Notes: generated from the sequence alone by a model not told the origin. Positions 26,127-38,521 are shown, counted from the stretch's first letter. The stretch: 54,636 nt of DNA from Octopus bimaculoides (GCF_001194135.2 NC_068991.1:31065822-31120457), one strand, 5' to 3'. Made by a program: numbers and translations.

Positions 26127-27003
26127 CAGTAGTTTTTTTTTTATAACGTGCTTTCACTTCACTACCGAGCGCAGCTCTGTGCGCCTTGGGTATGTGCTGT
26201 GATTTGCTATGGCGCTCTTATAGTTACTGTATTGAAAGTGTTTTGTGTAGGATGTGTGCTGTGCACAGTAGTGCAATTTTCTGTATGTTATATATATTTG
26301 TAAGTCCTGGTGTTTTTGTTATGTATTTGTCTGAATATTTTTTTATTATACCTAAGGCACCTACTATAATAGGAATTGTTTCTGTTTTTAGATTCCACAT
26401 TCGAGTTACCTCTATTTCCAGGTCTTTGTATTTTGAAAGTTTTTCCATTTCTTTTAGAGAGACGTTGTCATCTGCTGGTATTGATACATCAATTAGAAAG
26501 CATTTTTTTTTTCATGATCTTTGACAACTATATCTGGTCTATTTGCCTTAATTTCTCTATCTGTGTGTATTGNNNNNNNNNNNNNNNNNNNNNNNNNNNN
26601 NNNNNNNNNNNNNNNNNNNNNNNNNNNNNNNNNNNNNNNNNNNNNNNNNNNNNNNNNNNNNNNNNNNNNNNNNNNNNNNNNNNNNNNNNNNNNNNNNNNN
26701 NNNNNNNNNNNNNNNNNNNNNNNNNNNNNNNNNNNNNNNNNNNNNNNNNNNNNNNNNNNNNNNNNNNNNNNNNNNNNNNNNNNNNNNNNNNNNNNNNNNN
26801 NNNNNNNNNNNNNNNNNNNNNNNNNNNNNNNNNNNNNNNNNNNNNNNNNNNNNNNNNNNNNNNNNNNNNNNNNNNNNNNNNNNNNNNNNNNNNNNNNNNN
26901 NNNNNNNNNNTGAGTCCTGAGCTTCTCAACCGTTGCTGGGATTTTTCTCTGTCTATTTCTTTTGCATTTAATTTAGCCCAGTATTTACCATGTAGGGGCT
27001 TTA
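26127..27003 (-). mobile_element. 5'-truncated Dong-type LINE spanning a gap, with (TAA)n on both sides
   Basis: KPLHGKYWAKL...; EKLSKYKDLEIEVTRMWNLKTETIPIIVGALG..IQKIALLCTAHILHKTL. Confidence 0.9.
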
Positions 27004-27004
27004 G

Positions 27005-27093
<89 letters not shown>

Positions 27094-27094
<1 letters not shown>

Positions 27095-29205
27095 TCTCTT
27101 TATCACAAGTTTTGTTGGCGATCTTGGAGTCTTGCATGCGTAGGGGGCTTACTACCTGCAGCCTACGGTACCATACTATAAGTTCTTTTCGGCTATCTAA
27201 TACTTTCCTGATTATTTTGGCCGTGCCAAGGAGACAAAACTTTTGTAACAATTCTGCTGGGTGATTTATTCCAATCTCCTTTATATTCCTCTTGATGCCT
27301 TCTGATGCCGTTCTCAAGGATCCAACAATAATTACCACAATCTTCACCTTCTTCATTTTCCGTAGCGGAGCGATTTCATACTTAAGAGGGTTGTATCTAT
27401 CTACCTTTTCGCTTTCCTTCTTGACTATTCATCAAATGTATAGCATATGTGGTACATCTTGCCTACCACCACTAGGTCCGGTCTGTTATGCTCTAGCACC
27501 TGATCTGTTTGGATTGGGAAATCCCAGAGGATTTTGCTAGTCTCCGACTCCGCCACTCCCTGCGGTTTGTGCTCAGGCTACGTCTTGCCTCTCTCAAGCC
27601 CCCACTTTCCGCACAGTTTCCAGTGTAGCACTTTCGCTACCTGGTCGTGTCGCCACAACATGTAGTGACTTTGGGCAAAAATAGGGCATTCGTTCGTGAT
27701 ATGGGCAATAGTTTCACCCTCTCTATTGCTGATTCAGCACAGCGGAGACACTTACTCATTCCTCAGGTTGACCCTCCAGTTTGTGGTCAGAGCTTGGTCA
27801 TGCGCTGCCAGTATAGTGCTCTCGGTCTCTTTTTTTAGTGTTCCTTTCATCAGCCAATTGCACCTATTTTTTCCAACAAATTCTGTTGTCGCAACACGGA
27901 ATTGATTGTGTAGTCTCTTGTTGCGTACTTTATCTTCGTGTGCTTTTTGTACTTCTTTCGGTTTTCCTTTTTTTTCTGCTCTCAATACTCCCTCGTTCCT
28001 AACTGACAAAAGCAAGCTTTCCTTACTTTGGGCTAGGTATCTCATTAAGCTCTCATGTTCAATATGCACGCAGTCTTCCACACTTATCAGTCCCCATCCT
28101 CCAGTTGCTCTCTTCATGTACAGGCGATCAGTGTCTGCACGTGGATGATGGGCTCTATGCATCGTTAGAAGATTTCTTCCTGTCCATCTCCTTTAGCTCC
28201 ACCTCTGTCCACTTCAGGATTCCAGCGCCATATCGAACTACTGCAACTGTGCGCGAGTTAATTGCTGAAATTATTTTTCTGACATTCAGCTTTGAAGCCA
28301 GTATTTTTCTCACTAGCCACAGGTACTCTCATTTCTTCTTTTCTTTTATGTCGTTGTGTTTAATTCCATCTACCTGAAGTATTCCCAGGTTTTTATAGCT
28401 GGATTGAGGTCTAATTGCCTTCATCATCTCACCACTTGGCAACCCTATGCCTTCTGTCCTGACAAGCTTTCCTTGTCTCGTCACCATCGAAGCACAATTT
28501 GAGAGTCCAAGCTCCATCTTAATATCATTGGAGAAAATCCGCACAGACTGGACTAGGCTGTCCAATTCTGCCTCACTTTTTGTGAATAACTTCTAGTCGT
28601 CCATGAATAGCAAGTGGTTCAGTTTTCCCTTACTTCTTCCTAGGTCATATCCTAACTTTGTTTGCTGTAGTATTTCACCCAAGGGATTCATTCCCAGCAC
28701 AAAGATCAGTGAGGGCACACTGTCCCCGTGAAAGATTCCTCTTTTTTTGATTTTCACATCTCCTAATACTTGATTCCCTGCTGTCAGTTCCGTTTCCCAC
28801 CATTTCATACTATTCCATATAAGGCTTCTCATGTTTTCTGCTACTCCATACATTTCCATTGTTCTTATTATCCAGGAGTGTGGCATCATATCGTATGCTT
28901 TTCGATAGTCAACCCATGTCATGCTCAGGTTTGTGTGTCTTCTCTTGCAGTTTCTGATAATTAGATTATCGATTAAGAGCTGATCCTTCATTCCCCTGTT
29001 CTTCTTTCGGCACACTTTTTTCTAAGTACCTATACAGTTCACCGGCCAAATCATCTAGCAATAGTTTCCACATTAGCGGAAGATGCGTTATCGGCCGAAA
29101 GTTGGATGCAACTTTTCAGAATCCTTGACACATAACAATGTCTTTCTCTTTGTTATCAAGCTAGGTACTGCGCCTTCTTGCGTGCACTCATCTAGCTGTT
29201 TCGAT
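27094..29205 (-). mobile_element. 2.1-kb Dong-type LINE fragment (RT to RLE) with a (TAA)n tail
   Basis: [75 protein letters not shown] and LLQKFCLLGTAKIIRKVLD. Confidence 0.95.
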
Positions 29206-29249
29206 GCTGTTGTTGTTACTGTTGTTGTTACTGTTATTCTGAAAGACTC

Positions 29250-29512
29250 TCGGATAGTTCTTAATTACCGGTTATTCTTTACTTGAAAACAGGCAATAAC
29301 ATATCACCAAAGGCTTCAAGTGGTGCTTTCTCCTCTAATTCAAAGAGACAATACTATCCTTAGAATGCGAGCTGTACCCAACAATGCAGTTTTCTGGATC
29401 ACCTCCAGCCTGGCAGCAACTCCAATACTCTTAATATGTTTTTCAAAGCCCTTGGGAACTCCTAATGCTCGAATCGCTTGGTATTGCAACATCTATTATC
29501 TTTACTGGAATT
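29250..29512 (-). mobile_element. Short Dong-type 3' end
   Basis: ALGVPKGFEKHIKSIG...IQKTALLGTARILRIVLSL*; (TAA)-rich run on its 5' side. Confidence 0.85.
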
Positions 29513-29609
29513 GCAACAACTATTATTATTATTATTATTTTTATAATTATTATTATTATTATTATTATTATAATTATTATTATCATTATTATTATCATTA
29601 TTATTATTA

Positions 29610-29652
<43 letters not shown>

Positions 29653-29655
<3 letters not shown>

Positions 29656-30400
29656 TTACTTTTAATCTGCATGTTTGTTACAGTCACTTGCCGAGACACA
29701 CCCAGTGTCCTAAGGCAAGTCAAGGATAAGAGATGGTACAGTATGACTGAAAGCTTGGGGAGGACAAGTAGCAGGGGCAGTAGTGAAATATCTTCATGTA
29801 ATACAACACATACATTTAAGTTGATAGGGTTTTTCTAAGGATGTGGGCAGTACTTATTGGCACAATCCTTTGTATTTCTCTGAGACATGGTTCTCCTGGG
29901 ATATTATCTAGATGTTTTTGACGTCCCTTTCTTATCATACCCAGGGCGACCACAATAACAGGAACAGTTCTCGTTTTAAGGTGCCACATCTTTTGTATTT
30001 CAATTTCCAGGTCCTTATATTTACTTAATTTGTCAAATTCCTTTACAGATATATTTTCTATCAGTGGGAACACTTACATCTATTAGTCTACAAGTATTTT
30101 CTTCCCTGTCTTTAATGACTATGTCTGTTCGAAATGCCTGGATCGTTCAGTCAGTGTTGACTGGAAAATCCCAGAGGATAGTGACATTTTTACCTTCAAC
30201 GACTGGCTTAGGATGATATTTATACCAGTTAGCAGGAGTGTTGATTTTGTAATGTTTACATATTTTCCAACGTAAATACTGACCTACCTTATCGTGGCGA
30301 TTTTTGTATTCATTTCATGTCCTGTGCTTCTAAACGTTTTCTATATTGTGAACCTCTGGATCTCAGCTTTTGGCACTGCATAAGGAAATGTGGGCTTCGC
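29653..30400 (-). mobile_element. Dong-type LINE 3' fragment (RLE domain) with a (TAA)n tail
   Basis: HDKVGQYLRWKICKHY..VTILWDF..IDVSVP and KLSKYKDLEIEIQKMWHLKT..STAHILRKTLST. Confidence 0.9.
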
Positions 30401-30446
30401 CAATATGTATGTGTGTGTGTGTGTGTGTATGTGTGTGTGTGTGAGG

Positions 30447-30496
<50 letters not shown>

Positions 30497-30869
30497 NNNN
30501 NNNNNNNNNNNNNNNNNNNNNNNNNNNNNNNNNNNNNNNNNNNNNNNNNNNNNNNNNNNNNNNNNNNNNNNNNNNNNNNNNNNNNNNNNNNNNNNNNNNN
30601 NNNNNNNNNNNNNNNNNNNNNNNNNNNNNNNNNNNNNNNNNNNNNNNNNNNNNNNNNNNNNNNNNNNNNNNNNNNNNNNNNNNNNNNNNNNNNNNNNNNN
30701 NNNNNNNNNNNNNNNNNNNNNNNNNNNNNNNNNNNNNNNNNNNNNNNNNNNNNNNNNNNNNNNNNNNNNNNNNNNNNNNNNNNNNNNNNNNNNNNNNNNN
30801 NNNNNNNNNNNNNNNNNNNNNNNNNNNNNNNNNNNNNNNNNNNNNNNNNNNNNNNNNNNNNNNNNNNNN

Positions 30870-30924
<55 letters not shown>

Positions 30925-32219
30925 TATGATACCCTTATATTCCACTCTCCTTCCTGTCGTTTCTCTAAAAGGTCACAGGTCATTCTTGGCCAATTTTTTA
31001 AGTATTTTATATTCATGTGTCAAAATGAAATATAAAAATTAATATATATCGGCATTTGTTGACATGAAGGATGATAGTCAATTGTGGATTGGTGTGTGGT
31101 AGAGAGTATGGATTACCAGAGATTGCAATGTGGCAGAAAGATTGTAATGGGGTAGAGAGATTATTGTCGGAGAAGAAACTGTTGTGTAGTTGAGAGATTG
31201 TAGTGTTCATGACAAAATAACAGTTCTGAGTTCAAGCTCTGCTGAGGCTTATTTTGCATTTTATCCTCCTGATAAAATATAGTATCAGTACAGAACAGGT
31301 TTCGATTTAATATGATATAATCTGCCTACCAGATTCCCTATTCTCATCGTTCGATAAAATAAATACCGCACAGTAATACAGCCGGTGTTATTAAAATACG
31401 TGCTCCGGAAGTAGATCATGGGGGTAGGTAGAGTAATAGAGGAATAAGAGTAACAGGGTTGGTGGAATAAAATATCCGGTTAGTGCCAGGGTGGTGGATG
31501 GGGAAGTAAGTGAGTTACACGAGTGTCGACTTTCATTTGTGCCTATCTAAGGTAAAATATAATACCAGTTATATGCTGGCGTAGATGGAATTAACTGTGA
31601 TCTTTCCTTAATGGGTCGAACCTCAGACCTTATGATTACGATGTGAAATCCTTCACCACTCGGCGATGTCTCTGTCCAGCCTCTGCAACCAAAATGAAAT
31701 TTAAAAAATATGATATGATATGAAATAAAACTGTTTGTTTTCTCATCCCTCCCTTTCTTATAAAACGAACAAGTTTGTCTCTGAAGTCATCAAATACGAT
31801 AGGTATAGTAGCTAAATGTTTCTGTGAATGTAGTCTGGAATAAGCCAACACAAAAAAGGTGGGATGATCACGGCGGGAACGTTTTTTTTTTTTTATTATA
31901 CGTCTGTGAAGTTAGAGCCAGGAATAAATAATAATAGCGACAATTTCTCTGTTTTCCATCTAACGTTTCGTCAACCGTACTAACCTCAAATGGAATAGAG
32001 TGCATGAACCTAAGTGAAGCCTTAAATTAACTTGTTCCCTCCGCCCTGGCCCCTTTGGGTGCCAATAATCTGACTAATTGCCTAATGAAGCTGTCTGGAA
32101 ATTTACCCGTCAAATGTTCCCACCCATCTCTCTCATTGGTCGATGTGTATGTATGAGTATGTATGTGTGTACGCGTCTGTTCTGTGTGCGTACGTGTGCA
32201 TTTATTACTGTTTGCTACT

Positions 32220-32285
<66 letters not shown>

Positions 32286-32511
32286 ACTAACAGTGGTGCA
32301 TAAAATTGAGTTCACTTCCTAGAAAATATGACTACTGTCATTTTTATATTCTCTTTCTCGTTATGCAGAAATTAACTCTCCTCTGTCTCTGTCTTCCCCT
32401 GCATACAAATACACACACACTCACTCACTCACGCGCTCACACACACACATGTAAGCAGGCAGGCATACACAAGAACATTATGTGTGTGTGTGTGTCTGTG
32501 CAATATATGTA

Positions 32512-32562
<51 letters not shown>

Positions 32563-32565
<3 letters not shown>

Positions 32566-32790
32566 ACAAGGGCTATTACTATCAGTAAAAGCTACATGCT
32601 TTAATGGGACTCTAAAGCCAAACTACTTCAATAAGTATACACACGTGCAGACTTCGAGAAAATGAAACTAGTAGAAATTCCTTCAATAAAAAAAAAGGTT
32701 TAGTCGTATTCCATAAATTGTTTTGGGGTCACCATGTATTACCATGTTCTCCGCTCATCAGTACGAATATAACCGTGAAATATAAATATA
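32563..32790 (-). repeat. Left arm of a ~230-bp inverted repeat (partner 34201-34440), carrying a mutated hammerhead motif
   Basis: Reverse complement aligns throughout with 34201-34440. Its hammerhead core has GAAA changed to AAAA and a lost U16.1. Confidence 0.85.
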
Positions 32791-33014
32791 TAAACATCTG
32801 TACATACCATACAAATACAATGCATCCAACAGAGCATATACAACTGTTTACACTTATATATCCATTTAAAGAGACCGCTGCCTAGCTTATCTCACCACGT
32901 CTGTATAACCGAGATAATTCAGCACCGAATATATTCCGGTTCAATATTTGGAAATAAAATATAAGGGTAAAATCTATATACGATTTTATGGTATGTATAG
33001 ATGCTGGGTCTTTT

Positions 33015-33177
33015 TGGTCTGGTGGTAAGTAGCTTGCTTACCAGCCACATGGTCCCGGGTTCAGTCCCACTGCGTGGCATCTTGGGCAAGTGTCTTCTAC
33101 TATAGCCTCGGGCCGACCAAAACGTTGTGAGTGGATTTGGTAGACGGATACTGAAAGAAGCCTGTCGTATATATATG

Positions 33178-33228
<51 letters not shown>

Positions 33229-33237
33229 ATGTGTTTG
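33015..33237 (+). mobile_element. SINE family B 5' part, truncated by a gap
   Basis: GCTTGCTTACCAGCCACATGGTCCCGGGTTCAGTCCCACTGCGTGGCATCTTGGGCAAGTGTC. Confidence 0.9.
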
Positions 33238-33859
33238 NNNNNNNNNNNNNNNNNNNNNNNNNNNNNNNNNNNNNNNNNNNNNNNNNNNNNNNNNNNNNNN
33301 NNNNNNNNNNNNNNNNNNNNNNNNNNNNNNNNNNNNNNNNNNNNNNNNNNNNNNNNNNNNNNNNNNNNNNNNNNNNNNNNNNNNNNNNNNNNNNNNNNNN
33401 NNNNNNNNNNNNNNNNNNNNNNNNNNNNNNNNNNNNNNNNNNNNNNNNNNNNNNNNNNNNNNNNNNNNNNNNNNNNNNNNNNNNNNNNNNNNNNNNNNNN
33501 NNNNNNNNNNNNNNNNNNNNNNNNNNNNNNNNNNNNNNNNNNNNNNNNNNNNNNNNNNNNNNNNNNNNNNNNNNNNNNNNNNNNNNNNNNNNNNNNNNNN
33601 NNNNNNNNNNNNNNNNNNNNNNNNNNNNNNNNNNNNNNNNNNNNNNNNNNNNNNNNNNNNNNNNNNNNNNNNNNNNNNNNNNNNNNNNNNNNNNNNNNNN
33701 NNNNNNNNNNNNNNNNNNNNNNNNNNNNNNNNNNNNNNNNNNNNNNNNNNNNNNNNNNNNNNNNNNNNNNNNNNNNNNNNNNNNNNNNNNNNNNNNNNNN
33801 NNNNNNNNNNNNNNNNNNNNNNNNNNNNNNNNNNNNNNNNNNNNNNNNNNNNNNNNNNN

Positions 33860-33915
33860 TAAAACCCTAACCCTAACTCTAAAACCCGAACCCTAACCCT
33901 AAAACCCTAAACCCT
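33860..33915. repeat. Degenerate interstitial (CCCTAA)n telomere-like repeats at a gap edge
   Basis: AAAACCCTAACCCTAACTCTAAAACCCGAACCCTAACCCTAAAACCCTAAACCC. Confidence 0.75.
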
Positions 33916-34234
33916 TACTAGGGAATAATGATATAATTAAACAGGGAATAACACTCTTGACACCGGTAAAAATTATTGTTTATAAAAAGAGCACTAACTG
34001 TATTCAGCTGAATAGACGTCAGTGATTGGTTGAAATTACAGAAATACGACAACTTTAACATGAAATAACTTATTAAGAACTAATTTTTGTTAAGAAGGCT
34101 AAGAGAAAAAGATGTTTTATATGACACATTCTACCAGTATCCCAAGTTTGAAAGTGTTTCGTTAAGAAAACAAGTGTTGCTCGTCAAACCAAAAAGATCC
34201 CAGATGTTTATATATTTATATTTCACGGTTATAT

Positions 34235-34297
34235 TCGTACTGATGAGCGGACAACATGGTATTACATGGTGACCAGGAAATCATTAATGGTATACGA
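34235..34297 (+). ncRNA. Type I hammerhead-like motif with a palindromic helix III
   Basis: Helix I TCGTA(34235-39)/TACGA(34293-97); CTGATGA(34240-46); imperfect helix II containing CATG/GTATTA/CATG; GAAA(34277-80)-T-CATTAATG-G-TA. Predicted cut after A34292. Confidence 0.65.
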
Positions 34298-34599
34298 CTA
34301 AACCTTTGTTTTTATTGGAGGAATTTCTACCAGTTTCATTCCCTCGAAGTCGGCGTGTGTGTATACTTATTGAAGTACTTTGACTTTAGAGTCCCATTAA
34401 AGCGTGTTGCTTTTACTGATAGTAATAACCCTTGATATTATAATGTATTTCATATATAAAAGAAAAAAATTATATACCTTGTAATTTTTTTCCTTAATTG
34501 GTTTTATACGCCGGCTACTTGATAAAATCATATATTGAGAAGGAAATGAACTCGTTACTCAATGTCAACATAGGGGGTTGTCTCCCCTTGGCTATCGAT

Positions 34600-35010
34600 C
34601 ACCGATGTCAACAAAGAGGGGTTGTGTGGCCCTTCTGTCTCGTGGGTTACAATAGCCATGTAGGAATTTCCTGAAATGCGAGTACAGTCCGAAGACCTCC
34701 GTTCTGGAGTTCATAATGTTCCTTGGGTTGAGGGACTCCATTATGATTCTCACCCGTTTCGCTATGCATAACTTACAGCGGCTGGTCCCGTTAATGTAGG
34801 GGCCTGGATCCTGTAGGATTCTTCATGGTATTGCATATGGAATCCCATCGTCTATTAGTTGCCATACGTGGCTGGCTAATGAGATGGCGAATTTCCTTTC
34901 CGGTATCCTGAAGAAGGATCGGGGGTTGGAGACGTGTTGTTTGAATGACTTCCCGGAACAGTCGATGTATCTCCGTGGTCGGGTGCTGGCGGTTCTTTGT
35001 CTGTTGGTGT
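34600..35010 (-). mobile_element. PLE GIY-YIG endonuclease remnant (Neptune-like)
   Basis: RRYIDCSGKSFKQHVSNPRSFF..SLASHVWQLIDDGIPYAIP*RIL..YINGTSRCKLCIAKRVRI..IMNSRTEVFG; the C-x2-C and LNxRxE-like motifs fit PLE endonucleases. Confidence 0.8.
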
Positions 35011-35047
35011 TGGTGTCACTGCCGCCGCTGTTGCCGGTGTGTTTGTA

Positions 35048-35083
<36 letters not shown>

Positions 35084-35746
35084 GTATACATGTGTGTATG
35101 TATGTATGTATGTATGTATGATGGATGGTTGGGTGGGTGGATGGAGAAGCACACACACAGGGCTTGAGAGGAAACAGATATAGATAAATAGTTGAGTCTA
35201 TAAGCATAGCTTATTCAATACGTGTGTATGTGCGTGCGTAGTAATATGAGAGTATATGTCCATGAGTGTCTGTGTGTTTGTGTGTGAATGTGTGTGTACG
35301 TGTGTGCGCGGGTGTGTATTTCATTAACCTCAAATACTCTAATATGTATTTAGCTGAATTCGTTGTTTATCTCAAAACATTGCGCCTTTGACGTCTCTAT
35401 TTTAACCATGTTGCTATGAACAGATAATTACAACTCACACGATTATGATAGGTCATCCCTAAATTTCGACGCTGATTATATTTTGTTCTATCAAGTTAAC
35501 AACAAGTAAAGGTGAGTATAACACAAACACATATACTTAGGTGTGTGCATAGACACAAATATAGTGTTTGTCGAAACCATATCACCGAAGTGATCTTCAG
35601 GCAAGAGTTTCCATCGGAAGATCTCAGTGGCGTAAAAATCGAGTCGGGAGACAAAGTTTCGGCTCCAATACGAAACATATCCTCCTCTACAAGATTTATT
35701 GAACACTCCTGTCTTATTCATCCGGCGTAAATCAACTAATGTATGT

Positions 35747-35795
<49 letters not shown>

Positions 35796-35983
35796 CTTCT
35801 AGTATCAGCGTTATATGCTACTGTTGTTATCTTTCATGTTGTTGTTGATGTTGTTTAGTACTATTTCAACTCTGATAAATAGACCTGTAATCCAATGCAT
35901 TCCAATCGTGACCATCCAATCATTTTATGACTATATTAAACGTCATTCAATGTGTTCCCTCTTTTCCCAAAAGTGTAGAATAT

Positions 35984-36031
<48 letters not shown>

Positions 36032-36327
36032 TGCTGTTATTTCTAGTAAAGTGAACATCACATAATCCGGCGATGTAGTGGGAGGTGGTAATGCAATTGG
36101 AGTTTGTAGTTGCAATGTTGAGTAATGATAGAATAGTGATGGTGAAAACCCAGAAACTCACCACATGGAGTTCACAGAAAGATAAGAGTCTTCAATAAAT
36201 ACTCTATTCCATTTTAACCCTAGTGCATCTACCCGAACACCCGCATTCAACACAACCACACTTCTACGCTTACTAGGCTACATAAAATAACAGTGCAAGT
36301 AACAATCCACATTGCTATCTGCTATAT

Positions 36328-36394
<67 letters not shown>

Positions 36395-36414
36395 TTACAC
36401 ACANNNNNNNNNNA

Positions 36415-36451
<37 letters not shown>

Positions 36452-36929
36452 TTACACACACACACACACACACAGACAAACACACACATACATACATATA
36501 TGCGTATGTGTGCATGTATCTGTATATGCATGTGTCTGTACATATGTGCGCATGTGTCATATATAGATTTATAGATATGTAGATATATATATATATATAT
36601 ATATATCAATACTATGTTATACATATTTGATGTATGTACACACACACACATATATATATATATATGTAGCTCCCTGTAACTCTCTCTCTATATATATATA
36701 TGTTTATATATGTGTGTATGTGCGTATGCAATTGTATATATATATACATATATATACATATACATATATATATATACATACACACACATACACATACATA
36801 CACACACATACATATATATACGCATACATACACATAAATGTACGTATATGCGTTTATATATACATATATATATATAAATAGATGCATATATATATGTATG
36901 TGTATAAGCATGTATACATATATGTATGA

Positions 36930-36977
<48 letters not shown>

Positions 36978-37854
36978 NNNNNNNNNNNNNNNNNNNNNNN
37001 NNNNNNNNNNNNNNNNNNNNNNNNNNNNNNNNNNNNNNNNNNNNNNNNNNNNNNNNNNNNNNNNNNNNNNNNNNNNNNNNNNNNNNNNNNNNNNNNNNNN
37101 NNNNNNNNNNNNNNNNNNNNNNNNNNNNNNNNNNNNNNNNNNNNNNNNNNNNNNNNNNNNNNNNNNNNNNNNNNNNNNNNNNNNNNNNNNNNNNNNNNNN
37201 NNNNNNNNNNNNNNNNNNNNNNNNNNNNNNNNNNNNNNNNNNNNNNNNNNNNNNNNNNNNNNNNNNNNNNNNNNNNNNNNNNNNNNNNNNNNNNNNNNNN
37301 NNNNNNNNNNNNNNNNNNNNNNNNNNNNNNNNNNNNNNNNNNNNAGAAGAAGAAGAAGAAGAAGAAGAAGAAGAAGAAGAAGAAGAAGAAGAAGAAGAAG
37401 AAGAAGAAGAAGAAGAAGAAGAATGTTAAGTTGGGTGCCATGGGGAGGTGATGGCAGATGGGTAGCGTTGGTGGTATGGGCCCGGGGTGATATAATTAAT
37501 AAAAGAACTGGAGTCAACAATTAAGAAAAAAGCATCTTTGATTTAGTCATGGTATTACAATTTCAGACATAATATAGTGGAATCGGTAAATGTTACTGTC
37601 CCATATTCAAGTGTGGCGATTTCAACATATACTGTGCATTAACAACACATCTCTTGACCTGCTAGAAATAGTAGTTAAATCATCATTAAGCCAAACATTA
37701 CTTCCTTTAATACAAGAAGTATGTGTGTATAAAAAAGTCTGGTAACACTTCCACTACACATATACGGAATGGACTGCACCTACGTATAGGCACACCAACG
37801 AAATTTTTCAGGAAACAGGCTTCAAAAATCAACGATTTTAACAATAAATCAGTT

Positions 37855-38050
37855 TCAAAATTTGACACTAGGCCAGCAATTTCGGAGAGGGGGCTAAGTC
37901 GATTACATCGACTGCAGTATTCAACTGGTACTTATTTTATCAACCCCGAAAGGATGAAAAGCAAAGTAGACCTCGGCGAAATTTGAACTTAGAACGTGAA
38001 GACGAACGAAATGCCGCGAAATATTTTGCCTGGTATGCTAATGATTTTAT
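37855..38050 (-). mobile_element. SINE family A
   Basis: GGCCAGCAATTTCGGAGAGGGG..ATCAACCCCGAAAGGATGAAAAGCAAAGTAGACCTCGGCGAAATTTGAAC. Confidence 0.85.
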
Positions 38051-38484
38051 CAAAATCAATCACAAGCACATAATCTTATACATACATATAAAAGAATCTG
38101 AAAGGTAATATTTATCTCCATTCAAGCGTGGATGTTCTGTGAGAACGAAATTTTACTGTGGTAGATACCATAAGAGAAACCCTCAAGTTGCTTTTTCATG
38201 TAAATGCTCTCTTGCGTCCATCGCTAGCGGGGAGATAGATCCCCACCATCTCCAGTGCCGAAACCACCAGCTCACGTGATTTCGATTTCCCTTGGTTTCG
38301 TCGATGATGGACGCTCGACCACTAGAGATAGCAGCAACTCATCTCCCCGCCAGCGATATATGGGAAAACAGTGCCAGAACCGGCGCTGGTGTTGCGATTA
38401 ACCACTCAGCTTGTTAAAAAAGAAACTGTTATAAAAACAAACACTATACATACGCATTCATGAGGCTACATGAGCATGAATGTT

Positions 38485-38521
<37 letters not shown>

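Noticed and set aside
34550-34625. Short direct repeat ATGTCAACA.AG.GGG.TTGT with a spacer (CRISPR-like at a glance)
   Set aside because: Only two imperfect units, in eukaryotic DNA at a PLE 3' end, with no cas genes.
35570-35600. Minus-strand CTGAAGA followed by a UUCG hairpin
   Set aside because: No GAAA follows the hairpin.
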